From Camelus ferus (Eukaryota): DNA of 64,000 nt. The stretch is from NCBI RefSeq assembly GCF_009834535.1, contig NC_045696.1:58344001-58408000 (forward strand). Direction: 5' to 3'. The notes beneath the pieces are model-generated. The model saw nothing but the letters and a program-made list of their open reading frames with translations. It ran no database searches and was not told the origin of the DNA. Position 1 is the stretch's first letter. Every line of letters begins with the position of its first letter. Made by a program: the position numbers and the translations under genes. Below, one piece after another: positions 63,745-64,000 of the stretch.

Positions 63745-63890
63745 CCTGAGCTCTAGTCCTAGCTCTGTGACTGACCTACTGTGTGACTTTGGTAAGTTAA
63801 CCTCTCTGAGCCTCAGTTTCTTCATCTGTAGGATGAGGCTTATGCCCACTCATCAGGTTATTGTGAGAGGCAAATGGGCACAAAACCTGG
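63745..63890 (+). mobile_element. MIR SINE
   Basis: tgtgtgactttggtaagttaacctctctgagcctcagtttcttcatctgta. Confidence 0.85.
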
Positions 63891-64000
63891 AAGGACCATC
63901 CTCCATGTGGTGCGTGGCCTGTTGGTCTGGGTCGCTGTGCAGATGGGTGATTAGTCTTGTTTTGAGGCTGGATGTGTATACGTGCACATTTCTTCCTGCC

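Larger units (their letters stand above)
49419..64000 (+). other. PDIA5: PDIA5 intron 1 (continues beyond the right edge)
   Basis: Starts GTGAGG; the expected exon 2 peptide (VVLPSWLSSAKVSSLIERISDPKDL...) was not found in the window. Confidence 0.75.

Noticed and set aside
1..64000. Prokaryotic-type novel system (CRISPR array, operon, defence island)
   Set aside because: The sequence is mammalian intronic and intergenic DNA dominated by TEs; there are no long ORFs or repeat-spacer arrays.

Overview
Mammalian genomic DNA, most likely a camelid. It carries tRNA-Ala-derived Vic-1-type SINEs, and I saw no Alu, B1, Bov-tA or PRE-1. The window spans a divergent gene pair. The SEMA5B promoter and non-coding first exon lie on the minus strand (CpG island ~5.4-7.2 kb; intron 1 runs off the left edge). 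The PDIA5 promoter and first coding exon lie on the plus strand (ATG at 49371, MARFGPAWLLLLLAVW; intron 1 runs off the right edge). Both gene calls rest on recalled human sequences and synteny, not a search. The ~42 kb between them and both introns are mostly old transposable elements (L1M, L2, MIR, MaLR/MLT1, MER21, hAT MERs). The most structured object is a ~8.7 kb two-LTR ERV1-class provirus (minus strand, 21318-30065). It has a partial tRNA-Leu primer-binding site, a stop-riddled gamma-type env remnant, no gag/pol that I could recognise, and four nested insertions. One of these is a polyadenylated LTR-transcript end flanked by a target-site duplication. Almost all ORFs in the supplied track look spurious. 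I found no evidence of a new multi-gene system; the findings are TE architecture and candidate regulatory elements.
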